Shown: piece after piece, positions 1 through 10,200 of the stretch
Position numbering within the stretch: the stretch's first letter is position 1
Layout: each line of letters begins with the position of its first letter
DNA from: a virus
Lineage: Duplodnaviria > Caudoviricetes
DNA: 37,936 bases
Virus record (IMG/VR): IMGVR_UViG_3300037479_000242
Location: 1-37,936 of that record
Direction: 5' to 3' (one strand)
The notes under the pieces: generated by a model
What the model was told of the DNA's origin: nothing
Databases searched by the model: none
What the model saw: only the letters and a program-made list of their open reading frames with translations
Translations under genes and position numbers: made by a program

Positions 1-197
1 TAGGCCCATGCGGGAGTGGAGAATACGGCGAGAGCAAGACACATCATTGAGGCATGTGTTGTTGCTCTGCGACACAGATTCTCACCCCATATGATCAAGA
101 GCACGCCAATTGCCGCTGTCGTTGATACGTGCCACGCAACAAGCATCACACCAATGATGCCAATGCAAATGCCGATTGTCATGAGATAATATCGCAT
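1..197 (-). CDS. small hydrophobic membrane protein (possible holin-like); reaches the window edge
   Basis: Not in the ORF track. ATG at 197 follows an AGAGGTG RBS. Translation MRYYLMTIGICIGIIGVMLVAWHVSTTAAIGVLLIIWGENLCRRATTHASMMCLALAVFSTPAWA has 2-3 hydrophobic segments. It lies downstream of the tail genes. Confidence 0.55.
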   Translation of the reverse strand, partial: MRYYLMTIGICIGIIGVMLVAWHVSTTAAIGVLLIIWGENLCRRATTHASMMCLALAVFSTPAWA

Positions 198-216
198 TGT
201 GCTTCACCTCTCTGCC

Positions 217-2298
217 TTAATTTACAGATCGGCTTATCTCATACCACGAAGTACCATCGAAAACCAGTTGTAGGACGGTATCATCTGCGCTCGTAAAGGT
301 GCCGGATAGATCTACGGAATTCGCAACATGGGTATTGTCATCAGTCACGGTGACCAGGGCGTCGGCGAAAATCAATGTGAGTAGCTGTCCGTTGGTGGCG
401 CCCGTAATTGTTGCAATCGTGTTGCTACCTGCATCGCCGGTGATCGTCATTACGTTTGAGCTGACGGCAAAGGTGGTCGCACCAGCCCCGAGAGTTAAGT
501 TGGCATTGCGCGTGCCGATTGGACCTTTCGTCGATACCGCCCCAGACTTGTTGAGCATGATAAGATCATTCAAGCCGAGCGCCGCGTAATCGATTTTGAA
601 CTGATCTGAGTCGGAATTGTCCACACCTACGAAAAACTGCTCCTGACCGCGGAACTCAATTGTTGTATCTCCTGGGCCGTCCTGCTCAATGATTATCGCA
701 GCAGCAGTATCTGTGTTGTTCTCGTAAACATGCATGTTTGTCTCGGGGCTGGCTGTGCCAACACCGAGGCGGTTATTTGTGAGGTCGAGCGAAACAATAT
801 CACCAGCAACACCAGCCACTTCGTAGACGTGTGCTTTGTTGCCATCGACAACAATGCGCAAATCCTTTGCTGAAGCCGTCGAATCGATGAGGTCAATCTG
901 TGGCGCAGTGCTGGTAAGCGCTACCACTCCAGCCTCAGTTGCAGAGAGAATTTCTGTTCCGGCACCATCCAGCACTGAGAGCTTGTTAGTACCATCATTG
1001 TTCGCATCAATTTCAATAATGAAATCACTGTCACTATCAAGCTTTGTACCGCTCCCTCCACTGAGGAAACAGTTACCGCTGGTACAATCACCAACAGCAG
1101 TGATGTCGCCTCCGCTATCCTGCTGGGTAAGGTCGCGCCACGCTGTGCCGTCATAGTAATAGAGATTGCCGTCATCATCGTCGGCGTAAAGGTGACCCTC
1201 CGTTGCTGTGGGCGCAGCGCCGCTTTGAGCGGGAATCTCAACTGTGCGATTACTTTTTGCCGCAAAGGCTTTGGTCAATGTGAACGAGCTGCCTGGCGTG
1301 AGGCTTGTATTCGCATATAGTGTAACTTCACCGCTGGCAGCACTCATCAGGCTGGCTGTCGTTGCCTTTGCAATCCAGCTTGTGCCATTCCAGGCAGCAC
1401 CACCTGATACAATTGCCTGACTGGAAGTTGTAGACACAAGGAAACCGCCGTCATCGGCATCGGCAGTACCGAATCGTAGTTGCGTATTGGCTGCTGCTAC
1501 ATCGAGCTGATAATCAGCACCCGTATGACCAATCGCCCACCGGCCGGCATTGTTGATTCGGCCAGCGGACAGCATTGAAGCTGCTTCCCCGTTTGGTCTA
1601 ACTCGAAACTCTAAATAGCCGCCCTGAGTGGGACCAACATGAGCTGCCTGGAGCTGCGCAAGCATTGCACCTGAAGCACCATCGGTAAACCCTAGACGCA
1701 CTGGCGTTCCATCTGCACCATTGGTGGATAGCAACTGTTGCACTGTGGCGTAATTGCCAGCACTGATATCTGCTTCCATCTGAAATGCAGTCTGTGCACC
1801 GCCGAGCGTGCCGCCATTCACATGAACCACCTGGCTGCATGTAGCCCTGTTGATGGCAATACAGTTATTGCTACCATCGATAAATAACATTGATGATTGA
1901 TCGTTGGTTTCAATGCGGGTGTTAGTAGGTAACCCATCGTCATTCAGAACGACCTCGTTTGTACCACCACCATTATTATTTTTGTCGGCTTGCAACTTCA
2001 GATTTGTGTCGCTGGCTAACTCCGTACCTGTGCCACCAGTCTTGAAACATGCACCGCTTGCGCAGTCACCGACATCTGTGATGTCACCTGCACCAGCAAC
2101 ACCGGTAATGTTTACAGGCGCTAGATTGTTCGCATCCTCGAAACACAGACAATCACCTGACACAAACGAATCTGCAGCAGTGCCTGTATTACGTAAACCT
2201 ACGCGATTGTTGAGTTTTACCTCGGCGGCGCTCGCACAGAGGCAACCGAACAACACTAACACTATGGTGTTACGCAGTAGGAGCAATCGCTTTCTCAT
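217..2298 (-). CDS. tail fibre/adhesin-like beta-rich protein with N-terminal signal peptide
   Basis: Likely start is ATG 2298 (MRKRLLLLRNTIVLVLFGCLCASAA/EVKL), which avoids a long overlap with the upstream gene. It is Gly/Thr/Asp-rich with fibre-type motifs (NNRLGVGTASP, GRWAIG, EGHLYADDDDGNLYYYDGTAW, LQLVFDGTSWYEISR) and is the last large gene of the tail module. Confidence 0.75.
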   Translation of the reverse strand: MRKRLLLLRNTIVLVLFGCLCASAAEVKLNNRVGLRNTGTAADSFVSGDCLCFEDANNLAPVNITGVAGAGDITDVGDCASGACFKTGGTGTELASDTNLKLQADKNNNGGGTNEVVLNDDGLPTNTRIETNDQSSMLFIDGSNNCIAINRATCSQVVHVNGGTLGGAQTAFQMEADISAGNYATVQQLLSTNGADGTPVRLGFTDGASGAMLAQLQAAHVGPTQGGYLEFRVRPNGEAASMLSAGRINNAGRWAIGHTGADYQLDVAAANTQLRFGTADADDGGFLVSTTSSQAIVSGGAAWNGTSWIAKATTASLMSAASGEVTLYANTSLTPGSSFTLTKAFAAKSNRTVEIPAQSGAAPTATEGHLYADDDDGNLYYYDGTAWRDLTQQDSGGDITAVGDCTSGNCFLSGGSGTKLDSDSDFIIEIDANNDGTNKLSVLDGAGTEILSATEAGVVALTSTAPQIDLIDSTASAKDLRIVVDGNKAHVYEVAGVAGDIVSLDLTNNRLGVGTASPETNMHVYENNTDTAAAIIIEQDGPGDTTIEFRGQEQFFVGVDNSDSDQFKIDYAALGLNDLIMLNKSGAVSTKGPIGTRNANLTLGAGATTFAVSSNVMTITGDAGSNTIATITGATNGQLLTLIFADALVTVTDDNTHVANSVDLSGTFTSADDTVLQLVFDGTSWYEISRSVN

Positions 2299-5200
2299 AA
2301 TGCGCGGTGATCTTGATCTGCCCAGTGTTACCAACATTAAATATACCTCCTCCGTCCGCCGTGACAATGAAATCAACCGCACTCGCACCGGCACGGAGCA
2401 TATCGAAATTGTTGTCGGTGTCCTCAACCGTTGTGCCGAGTGCGGTTGATTTGCCATTTGCAAACGCATCGGTGGCCCCACTGACACCCAGAGACCACGT
2501 ACCGGCACCACCGGTAATCGTTATGCTAGCGGTGATGATCCGAGCTGTTACGTGTTTCAGTTTCGCACCTGCTGGCAGAACTGCCGTGGCAGTAAGCGTA
2601 CTGGTCCCGCTATTGGCGGTAACTGTAACGGTATTGTGCGCATGCTGAGTACCATGCTCCCGTTCCCCAGGTGCCAAAATGGTATCATGTCCAGCCTGTC
2701 GCATCTCGGTGAAAAAGCCCGTGAATGTAAAGGGTTTCCATCGTGATGGTCGGCGCGTCATCGGATCAACGGGCTCAAATTGCGCTGCATCGAACGAATA
2801 CGTGCCATCGGCCAGATCTAGGACGATGTATGGAAATGCAAAGGCGGTGCGTGTGCCGGCCGGAGGACCAGGCAGATTCGACAAGATTGGTGCGCGAACG
2901 ATAATGTAATATCGTCGCCATCCTAATCCGTTGATGTCCTGAATGGGCGCTTGGCGTCGTGTGGCCGCCGATGAGGATGCTACCAAGCCACCGGTCTCAT
3001 TAAACCACTCCACAATCAACCGAAAGCCTTTGTGAATACTGGCATAAATTGACCAGATATATGTCTGGTCCTCAACGATGCTGATGACACCTCGGTTCGT
3101 CGTCGAGTTGGCGGCAGCGAGTTTCGGTAAGCCTGACCCGATTGTTGTACCGCTGGTAGTGACACTCATGTACCAGCCGCCAATTGCGTTTTTGTCTTCC
3201 GTCGTGTTGAGCGCCGTGATCACACCACTCCCGTTGAATACGGTCCAAAACGGCAGGATTACGGTGTCCGTACCGCTTGGTGCCCCGGCACGCTTGAGCT
3301 GCATAGAGAAATCTGGATGGGGTATAAGATTGTGGGGCGAACCAATAGATGGTCGTTCCACAATGCTCGTAACGTCCGGGTCAGCAATCGTGCTTACATT
3401 GGTTGAATAGATATCCGCATTGTATCCCTCCACAACAAATCGATAGCGTGTAAGGGTCTCATCGATTTCTATGACGCGCTTGTCAGCATCGACAATCGTG
3501 AGTGATGTACCGTCTGCACCTGAATCAACGACCTTCAAGCGAATCAAGTCACCAAGGCTGACGTTCCGACCTTCCATGCCGGTTTCAAATGCATGCTTGT
3601 CATCCGCACGCTTCATGCGTTGCGCTCGATAGTAGAGCCATAATTTTGCCTCGTAGTGTATGCTAGCATTCGCCGGAGAACTATCGTCCCCTGCGCCAGA
3701 GGGGCCAGTTGGGTTTGGTCGTAACCATGGTGATTGCACAAACCTTTGCTCTCCGACTGAGAGCACGGGCATATCTATCTCGTCTTCGTACGCTTGCGGC
3801 TTGAAACGTGCTTCAGCACCATGCTGACGCCCCATCGCGCTATACTGCAAGATCAGACTATCGATTGCATCGGATAGTGCGGTGGTGACCGGCCCCGTGT
3901 AGGTTCCGGGCACGATGTTGTTCCAGTAACCATCATTGAGTCCGAACGTGACCACGGATGCTGCTGCTGCGCTATCAACAGTGATCTCCCATTCGTTGCT
4001 CGCATTCATCGATAGGCGTGCGCCACGAAATGCGAGAATTTCGAGAAGTACGTCAGCAAGACGGCGGAACTGACGATCACCGCCAAGCACACCACGCACG
4101 GCGGTGTTCATGCCGACATCGGAGAACGCTGTCTTCGCTGCTGTGAAGCTCGTTGTGTTCGTTGTTTTGCCTACCGACCACACAGGATCATTCAGAAGAT
4201 CCTCAATGACGTTCGCAGGATTACCTTGCACGGTGCCGGCAATTTGAAGCAGAACCTGTCCTGCTTGGCCGGGGGTGAATAGACGCACGGTTGTCACGCC
4301 TTGATTGGAAGCATCCGCGCCGGTAACTGTGTAACGGCTATCTTCGACGTAAAATTCAGAGGCGATTTCAAGCGTATTAATGGGACTTGCCAGAATGGCG
4401 TCAGCAAGCGTAACCGTAGTCGTCGGCGCTACGTACGACACGACGGTGATCACGCTGTAGGAATACACCGTTGCACCGGCAGACTTTGCGCGCACGGGAC
4501 GACCGACGTCGTAAACATTGTCGTGGCGGCCCGCTTCAGTGAAACTGCTCGCCGTTGCATATGTCGCATCGCTGCGTGTTTCCCAGCTCGCAGCGAGTTC
4601 GAGACCGGGCTGGTCTGGATTGATATCCAGCCATACCTTTTTCACTCGGGTACCATTCAGGCCCGCGAGAAAATCGTCGCCTCCAGGATTTAAAGCATTC
4701 CATACCCCATTGCTACCAACATCAGTTGATACAAAAGGCGGTGACAGAACGGCGTCGTTACCGAAGCCAATGGGAATCGGGGCGCCGATGTCGGTCGGAT
4801 CAGGGAAATCAGCACCATTGACACGAATCGTGGGCACCAGGGTGTCGAGTACCGATGCTTGGGCAGATGTAATCGCAAAACTGATTTCTCCTGGAGCAGG
4901 CAGCGCTTGCTTGATGACACCTACGAAACGCGAAACAAGCTCATGCGTTGTCCGATCGTAACGCCAGAGTTTGCAGGCCACATTGCGCCATTCCGACGCG
5001 GGATTGTACGGTTTTGCGGATGATTCGGTCGGATTGGCCAGTTGCACAACGAAATCAGCTGCAAGATCGATTGCAGCACCGTAGGTTGCTGGCTCCAGGC
5101 TCACGCGACGTACGAGATGAATCTGTTCGGGTCGACGGATGCGTCCAGCGTAGAATGCGCCTAGGACGTCCTCATCAACGTATTCATTGAGGTCCATTGA

Positions 5201-5968
5201 TGCGGAACGCACTGTTCCGCCACCATGATAGACGTCGAAGAGCCATGCTGGTTCGTAATGTGTTCGTTCGGGCACCAGTCGTGCCATGATAGCTGGGTGA
5301 TCCGTCTTGGTCTCACTGCCGACTGTAAATGCCTTTGCACCTGGCTTGACGACAATGCCACCGACCTTGCCACTCACGTAATCGGGCTCTGGTGAGTGAT
5401 TGCCGCGAAGCGGCCAGTAGACGAGTAAGTTTCCTGGGCGAAACTGGTCCGCCGCCATTCCCTGCTGAAGTTGATTCATCTCGTCATCAGAGAGAGCCGC
5501 GGACCAGATCGCAATTTCGGCGATTGCGCCGGCGACATAGCCCGAGCCGCCTGCACTACCAACGTACGTATCACCGCTGTTATTGCCGGTGGTAAAGGTA
5601 ATCGCGCTGTTGATGACCGTTTTCGTACGATTGAGCCATCGCGACCATTCAGCCCCAGCGCCCTGGTACCGGTATGCACACCAAGCGCCGTTCGTCACGT
5701 GCGTAGAGCTAAGTGCAATTGCTGAACCGGTATTTGGATCAGTACCTGTGAATCCGGTAGCAACGAAATCGAGCGAATCGCCCACTGCCTCCCAACGCAC
5801 AGCGAGGGCGTTTGCCGTATGACCGCTCAGCAACAGGGTCTTGCCTACCTGGTTGAGATCGGCCGGCTTGAACCAGAACGAAATGGTAAACGGCCCAGGT
5901 GTTTGATTCAAAAATACGGTAGATGCGAGCGTGCTTTGAGAATCAACGCCATTATACAGACGCGCCAT
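2270..5968 (-). CDS. tail tip/hub protein with N-terminal LamG (ConA-like) domain and C-terminal carbohydrate-binding-like domain
   Basis: 1232 aa. LamG motifs FTISFWFKP and GAIAEIAIWSAALS; hub-like NPANVIEDLL; CBM-like NLIPHPDFS...FDAAQFE. Located after the TMP and Dit genes. Confidence 0.8.
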   Translation of the reverse strand: MARLYNGVDSQSTLASTVFLNQTPGPFTISFWFKPADLNQVGKTLLLSGHTANALAVRWEAVGDSLDFVATGFTGTDPNTGSAIALSSTHVTNGAWCAYRYQGAGAEWSRWLNRTKTVINSAITFTTGNNSGDTYVGSAGGSGYVAGAIAEIAIWSAALSDDEMNQLQQGMAADQFRPGNLLVYWPLRGNHSPEPDYVSGKVGGIVVKPGAKAFTVGSETKTDHPAIMARLVPERTHYEPAWLFDVYHGGGTVRSASMDLNEYVDEDVLGAFYAGRIRRPEQIHLVRRVSLEPATYGAAIDLAADFVVQLANPTESSAKPYNPASEWRNVACKLWRYDRTTHELVSRFVGVIKQALPAPGEISFAITSAQASVLDTLVPTIRVNGADFPDPTDIGAPIPIGFGNDAVLSPPFVSTDVGSNGVWNALNPGGDDFLAGLNGTRVKKVWLDINPDQPGLELAASWETRSDATYATASSFTEAGRHDNVYDVGRPVRAKSAGATVYSYSVITVVSYVAPTTTVTLADAILASPINTLEIASEFYVEDSRYTVTGADASNQGVTTVRLFTPGQAGQVLLQIAGTVQGNPANVIEDLLNDPVWSVGKTTNTTSFTAAKTAFSDVGMNTAVRGVLGGDRQFRRLADVLLEILAFRGARLSMNASNEWEITVDSAAAASVVTFGLNDGYWNNIVPGTYTGPVTTALSDAIDSLILQYSAMGRQHGAEARFKPQAYEDEIDMPVLSVGEQRFVQSPWLRPNPTGPSGAGDDSSPANASIHYEAKLWLYYRAQRMKRADDKHAFETGMEGRNVSLGDLIRLKVVDSGADGTSLTIVDADKRVIEIDETLTRYRFVVEGYNADIYSTNVSTIADPDVTSIVERPSIGSPHNLIPHPDFSMQLKRAGAPSGTDTVILPFWTVFNGSGVITALNTTEDKNAIGGWYMSVTTSGTTIGSGLPKLAAANSTTNRGVISIVEDQTYIWSIYASIHKGFRLIVEWFNETGGLVASSSAATRRQAPIQDINGLGWRRYYIIVRAPILSNLPGPPAGTRTAFAFPYIVLDLADGTYSFDAAQFEPVDPMTRRPSRWKPFTFTGFFTEMRQAGHDTILAPGEREHGTQHAHNTVTVTANSGTSTLTATAVLPAGAKLKHVTARIITASITITGGAGTWSLGVSGATDAFANGKSTALGTTVEDTDNNFDMLRAGASAVDFIVTADGGGIFNVGNTGQIKITAHYEKAIAPTA

Positions 5969-6175
5969 CTACTCGACACCGATCAGCCAGTTGCGAATCA
6001 GTACGCCTATGATTGACCAACCGAGCACTGTGCCGGGCACTAGCATGTACCAAATCAGAATTATCCAGCGCCGTTCCATCTTATAGCCGGGACAGAGCTG
6101 TTCCAAGCAGCGAGGGCAGTGCATTGAGCCGCGCGGTAAGCGACAGGCATGCTTTGTACAATATGCGCGGATCAT
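5969..6175 (-). CDS. small Cys/His (Zn-finger-like) membrane protein
   Basis: CTKH...HCPRCLEQLC followed by a hydrophobic segment. It fills the gap exactly, with an ATGA overlap upstream and abutting the next start. Confidence 0.6.
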   Translation of the reverse strand: MIRAYCTKHACRLPRGSMHCPRCLEQLCPGYKMERRWIILIWYMLVPGTVLGWSIIGVLIRNWLIGVE

Positions 6176-6408
6176 GCGAACTCAGCGGGAATACGGAAGG
6201 GTAGTGGAACTGTACAGCGAACAAGGCCGATTAGTTTCCCATCAATACGCACTGCATATGCGTTCCAATGCGCTACCCAGGACAGATGCACGCTGGCCGG
6301 TCGTATTCGTCCACTCGCTATATCATTGCAGCGTTCCTCAATGCATCGTGGACAGTGCTTCAGCAATCGGGCGAATGCCCCGTGTTTCTCGCAACAATTG
6401 ATGTTCAT
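6172..6408 (-). CDS. small Cys/His (Zn-finger-like) protein
   Basis: CCEKH...HCPRCIEERC; tightly packed in the operon; N-terminus resembles that of 5969..6175. Confidence 0.6.
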   Translation of the reverse strand: MNINCCEKHGAFARLLKHCPRCIEERCNDIASGRIRPASVHLSWVAHWNAYAVRIDGKLIGLVRCTVPLPFRIPAEFA

Positions 6409-6414
6409 GGTGAA

Positions 6415-7236
6415 TCAGTTTGCCTGTCGCAGCAGCATGCCACTGTATGCTCCAGCATTTGGTGCAATCCGACGCCACGTAATATCCGCAGCGAGGGTTA
6501 CTACGTAGACCTCGTAGCTGTTTCCATCGTTCAGATAGAGAACGCCAAATCGATGTCGAAATGATCGACCAATGTCCATGAACGTCGATTCAAAAGCTGA
6601 CCGCTGCGCATTGGAATGCAGAGCTATCCGAACATAGCTGTTGCCTTGACGAATCGGATCAATGAAAGATCCAACCTCATTGTCTACGCCAGGCACAACC
6701 GGCGTAAATTCAACAGGGAACCCGGGATTCAGTGAATAACCGCCACTTACCCATGTTGTATATGTGGAATTGAGAGCAATGAGGGAACCGACCTCCATAA
6801 CACTCTGCCCATCGGTTGTCGTTCCCGTGTTCGCAAAAATGCCCAAATAGCGAGTTTGGGTTGAGCCGAGAGCCTGCTGGATAGGAGTCAGATCGTACCA
6901 GAGTTTGTAACGACCATCCCTCGGATCCTGACTCACTGTAACGTTTGTCTGGCCAGTGGTGCCTCCTGAAAATGTTGCCGAGGTTGAGAGCTTGATCGTA
7001 ACTGCCGTCAGATTGATACGATCGATTACCAGAACATGGTCGGTCCAGGTGCGCAGAGCGCCGACATCGAGAGCGCAGTATGTTGTACCACTGACCAAAC
7101 TTGTCGATTTCCAACTGCGAAATGGCTTCGTCCACTGCACTAAGCGCGACGCGGGAAAATTGCTGTTCTCATTGAGCGCATAGGCCGTTGCTGACAGCAC
7201 ATCATCAGTGTCTGCTGTAATAAAGTTGCCCATCAC
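6415..7236 (-). CDS. distal tail protein (Dit)-like/minor tail protein
   Basis: 273 aa, beta-rich, immediately downstream of the tape measure gene with an overlap. Positional call. Confidence 0.6.
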   Translation of the reverse strand: MMGNFITADTDDVLSATAYALNENSNFPASRLVQWTKPFRSWKSTSLVSGTTYCALDVGALRTWTDHVLVIDRINLTAVTIKLSTSATFSGGTTGQTNVTVSQDPRDGRYKLWYDLTPIQQALGSTQTRYLGIFANTGTTTDGQSVMEVGSLIALNSTYTTWVSGGYSLNPGFPVEFTPVVPGVDNEVGSFIDPIRQGNSYVRIALHSNAQRSAFESTFMDIGRSFRHRFGVLYLNDGNSYEVYVVTLAADITWRRIAPNAGAYSGMLLRQAN

Positions 7237-10200
7237 ATCGTGACCACGATATCACGCACTGCGGCACGTCCGGCGGGACTACGAAGCGCGGTCAGAACAA
7301 CGGCCTCAATATCTTCGCGTTCTGTTGCTGCACCACCATCGATGATTACGCGAATCTCTCCGCCACCATTACCGCCGCCCGCCTCACGAAGTGCGCGCGT
7401 GTTATCGCGCACAGCAGCAGTGTTCTCAGCTGTCACGGTCGAATTGCGATCAAGATTATCATTCTGTACGGTGGCTAACTCGCGTATATCTGCAGCCGAT
7501 TCTTCCGCGATTGTTATTCCAGATGCCATCGCAGAACGTGCGGCGCGCGAACCGGGAGCAAACTGACTACCGAAGGAGGCAATCTCAAAACCTAATTCTG
7601 CGCGGCGTTGGAGCAATTCAAGACGACGGCGAGGATCGAGATTTGGATCTTCAAGCTCTCTATCAATTTCGGCAAGCCGCCGATTCAGTTCACGGCCTTG
7701 CTGGGCTGGTGTCATCGCGCGAAGGCGAAGGTCTACAATGCGTTCCTCGATCGAGCTTGCCGCATCGAGCGCAGCAATAGCAACCTCAAGATCACGAATG
7801 AGAGAGGCGATATCAATCCCACCGCGCTCGGTGAAATTCTTGAGTACGAAGCCGGCAACATCAATTGCATCTGGTAAATCATCACGGAAAAGATCCACAA
7901 GACCCTCAACGCCAGCCATGAGAAACTCTTGTTCGATCTCATTTTCAAGATACAGTCTATTCAGTTCCTGGAATCCGCCGATCATATCGAGCCCGATCGA
8001 CTCCGCAAGCTGGAGCATCTGGCGGCGGGCTTCTTCTGCGCTCACGCCGAGTGCGATGATATTGTTCGTGAGCGCAGAAACAATGGCTCGTGTATCCTTC
8101 TCCCTACCGGCACCGAGTACGGCCCCAAGACCAAAGATTCCGCCGCCTAGCGCAAGCTCTTCAATGCCGGGACGAATCTGTTCGAGTGCAGGTAAAAACT
8201 CTGGACGTCGTTGCCCAACGAGTTGCAGATTCGGTTCATTTGAGAAACCACCAAGAAACGCAGCCAGCTCAGGAGTCGCTGGCAATTCAAAAAACGGCAC
8301 ACGTATGCCAGACCGGCCGCCACCCTCCGTAAAGCGCTGCCGCGGCAATCCTGCTTCTTCAAGTAATTCGCTCAAGCCCTTCTTGATGCGAGTTCCGCGC
8401 GTCGGTATCTGGCCGATTCCGAAAACGCCTTCAAAACCAAGAAGGTCGCTTATAAGTCTAACAATCTCGGATTTGCCAAGCGTTAGAATCCCGGTGCTGA
8501 CACGTGCGGCAGTGCCCTCAAGGCCCAATAATTCATTGACAATGAGCGATCCAATTCCCCCCCCGCCAAGCAATGTTGCTGCAACGGCGGCCGTTACATT
8601 TTGTTGCAGCGCATAATCTCTACCGATGCGCGCCCCGATCGAAAGACCGCTTTGCAACGCCAGTGCTCCTGCCGCAATTGCGAGTCCAACGGGTCCACCA
8701 GCCGCAATTGCGCCTGTTGCCCCAACTGGCACACCGCCAGCTTCACCTGGCAGAAATGCCTGCCCTGGTCCTGGAGGACCAACGAATCCGGGCGGTAGAA
8801 GAGTAGTGATGTTCGCTGCTCCGCTTGCTTGACCACTCACTCGCGAGAAGAGCGTGGTGAAGAAGTTTCCAATATTCGCGGTACTGATGCTCGTATCGCC
8901 CTCCATCCGCGTAAGGGTCCCGCCCCATACCTCTTCGAGGACGCTTGCTGCACCACGAAAAACGCCAGGCAGTTTGACCGAGAAGTTCTCGGTTATCATC
9001 AGATCAAAAGCATTTTTCTTTGCCTCGGCGCGAATCAGGCCACCAATAAACTCATCCAGACCACGTTGTACCACACCCTTCAGCAAATCCCCGGGTGAAT
9101 CGAAATCTCTTGCGCGGCGCAGAATCTCAATGAACGATTCGCCAAAATCGACGGTAACCTGTTGTGCTTTGCGCGCTTCGATTGCCGCCTGTTCGAATTC
9201 GCGGCGAAGGGCGGCAGCTTGGCCGGCCGAACCCTGGATAAGCGTGGCCTGCTGGCGGAGTGCATCTTGCTGAGCAGTGAGCGCGGCGAGCTCGCCAGCG
9301 GTGATGTCCTTACGCTGTTTTTCCACCTCGAGACGTGCGATCTCTTGTTGAAGCAGAGAAACCTGTAAAGCATCAATCTCCTGCGCCATCATGAGCTGTT
9401 CAGCCTGCGATGCATTACTGTTCTGGGCGATCGCAAGCTGGCGCTCCGCAACCTCCAGGGCTGCACGTCGGCGAATCAGCTCCGCTTCAGCATGCCCAGC
9501 AGCATCACGGGCAGCGCGTTCGGCGGCCTGTTTGGCTTCCTTATCTGCATTTGCGGTATCTGCCAACGCTTTTGCCAGTGCTCGCTGAGTAGCAAGAGCA
9601 TCCGCACCTCTATGCCTAGCTGCACGAGCGATTTCATCAGCCACTGAAATGGCAGGTAATGATTGCTGTTCGGATGCCATCGACACGCCTATCTCGGCTT
9701 CCGGCATGAATGTGGCACCCTCACCTCGTTGTACACGTGCGAAGGCGCCAGGTGTCAATACGCGTGCCCTGGCCTGCTGAAGACGCAGCTCTGGCTCAAG
9801 GCCAACTAGCGCACCAACACCTGCCCCTAGCGCAATACCCTCAGGACGGCGCGTGACTATACCGCCCACAAGGGCACCAGCGAGTGTAGTACGCAGTGCC
9901 TCGGGCAGACTGTTCCACGCATCGATAATGCTTTTTACATGAGATGCTATTGATGCTAGCGCAGATGCAAATGTCGTTGTCGCAGTAGCAGCGCGCGTAA
10001 TCCAGTCGGCTAGCTCAGTAGCGATCAGTTGCTGATTCGCATCAGCCCAATCGAGCATTCGGTTCGCCACACGTTCAACATCATCGATCAACTCTGCGGC
10101 CAGCAGGTTGGCCGTTCCCTGCACTCGCTGCTGAATGCGGTGCAATGTGTCGTTCACAATCTCTGCGCGTTGGGCAAAATCAGTGGAAAACACCTGTCCC

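Noticed and set aside
217-5968. diversity-generating retroelement or invertible tail-fibre cassette
   Set aside because: No reverse transcriptase or invertase is present, and no TR/VR pair or flanking inverted repeats were noticed in the window.
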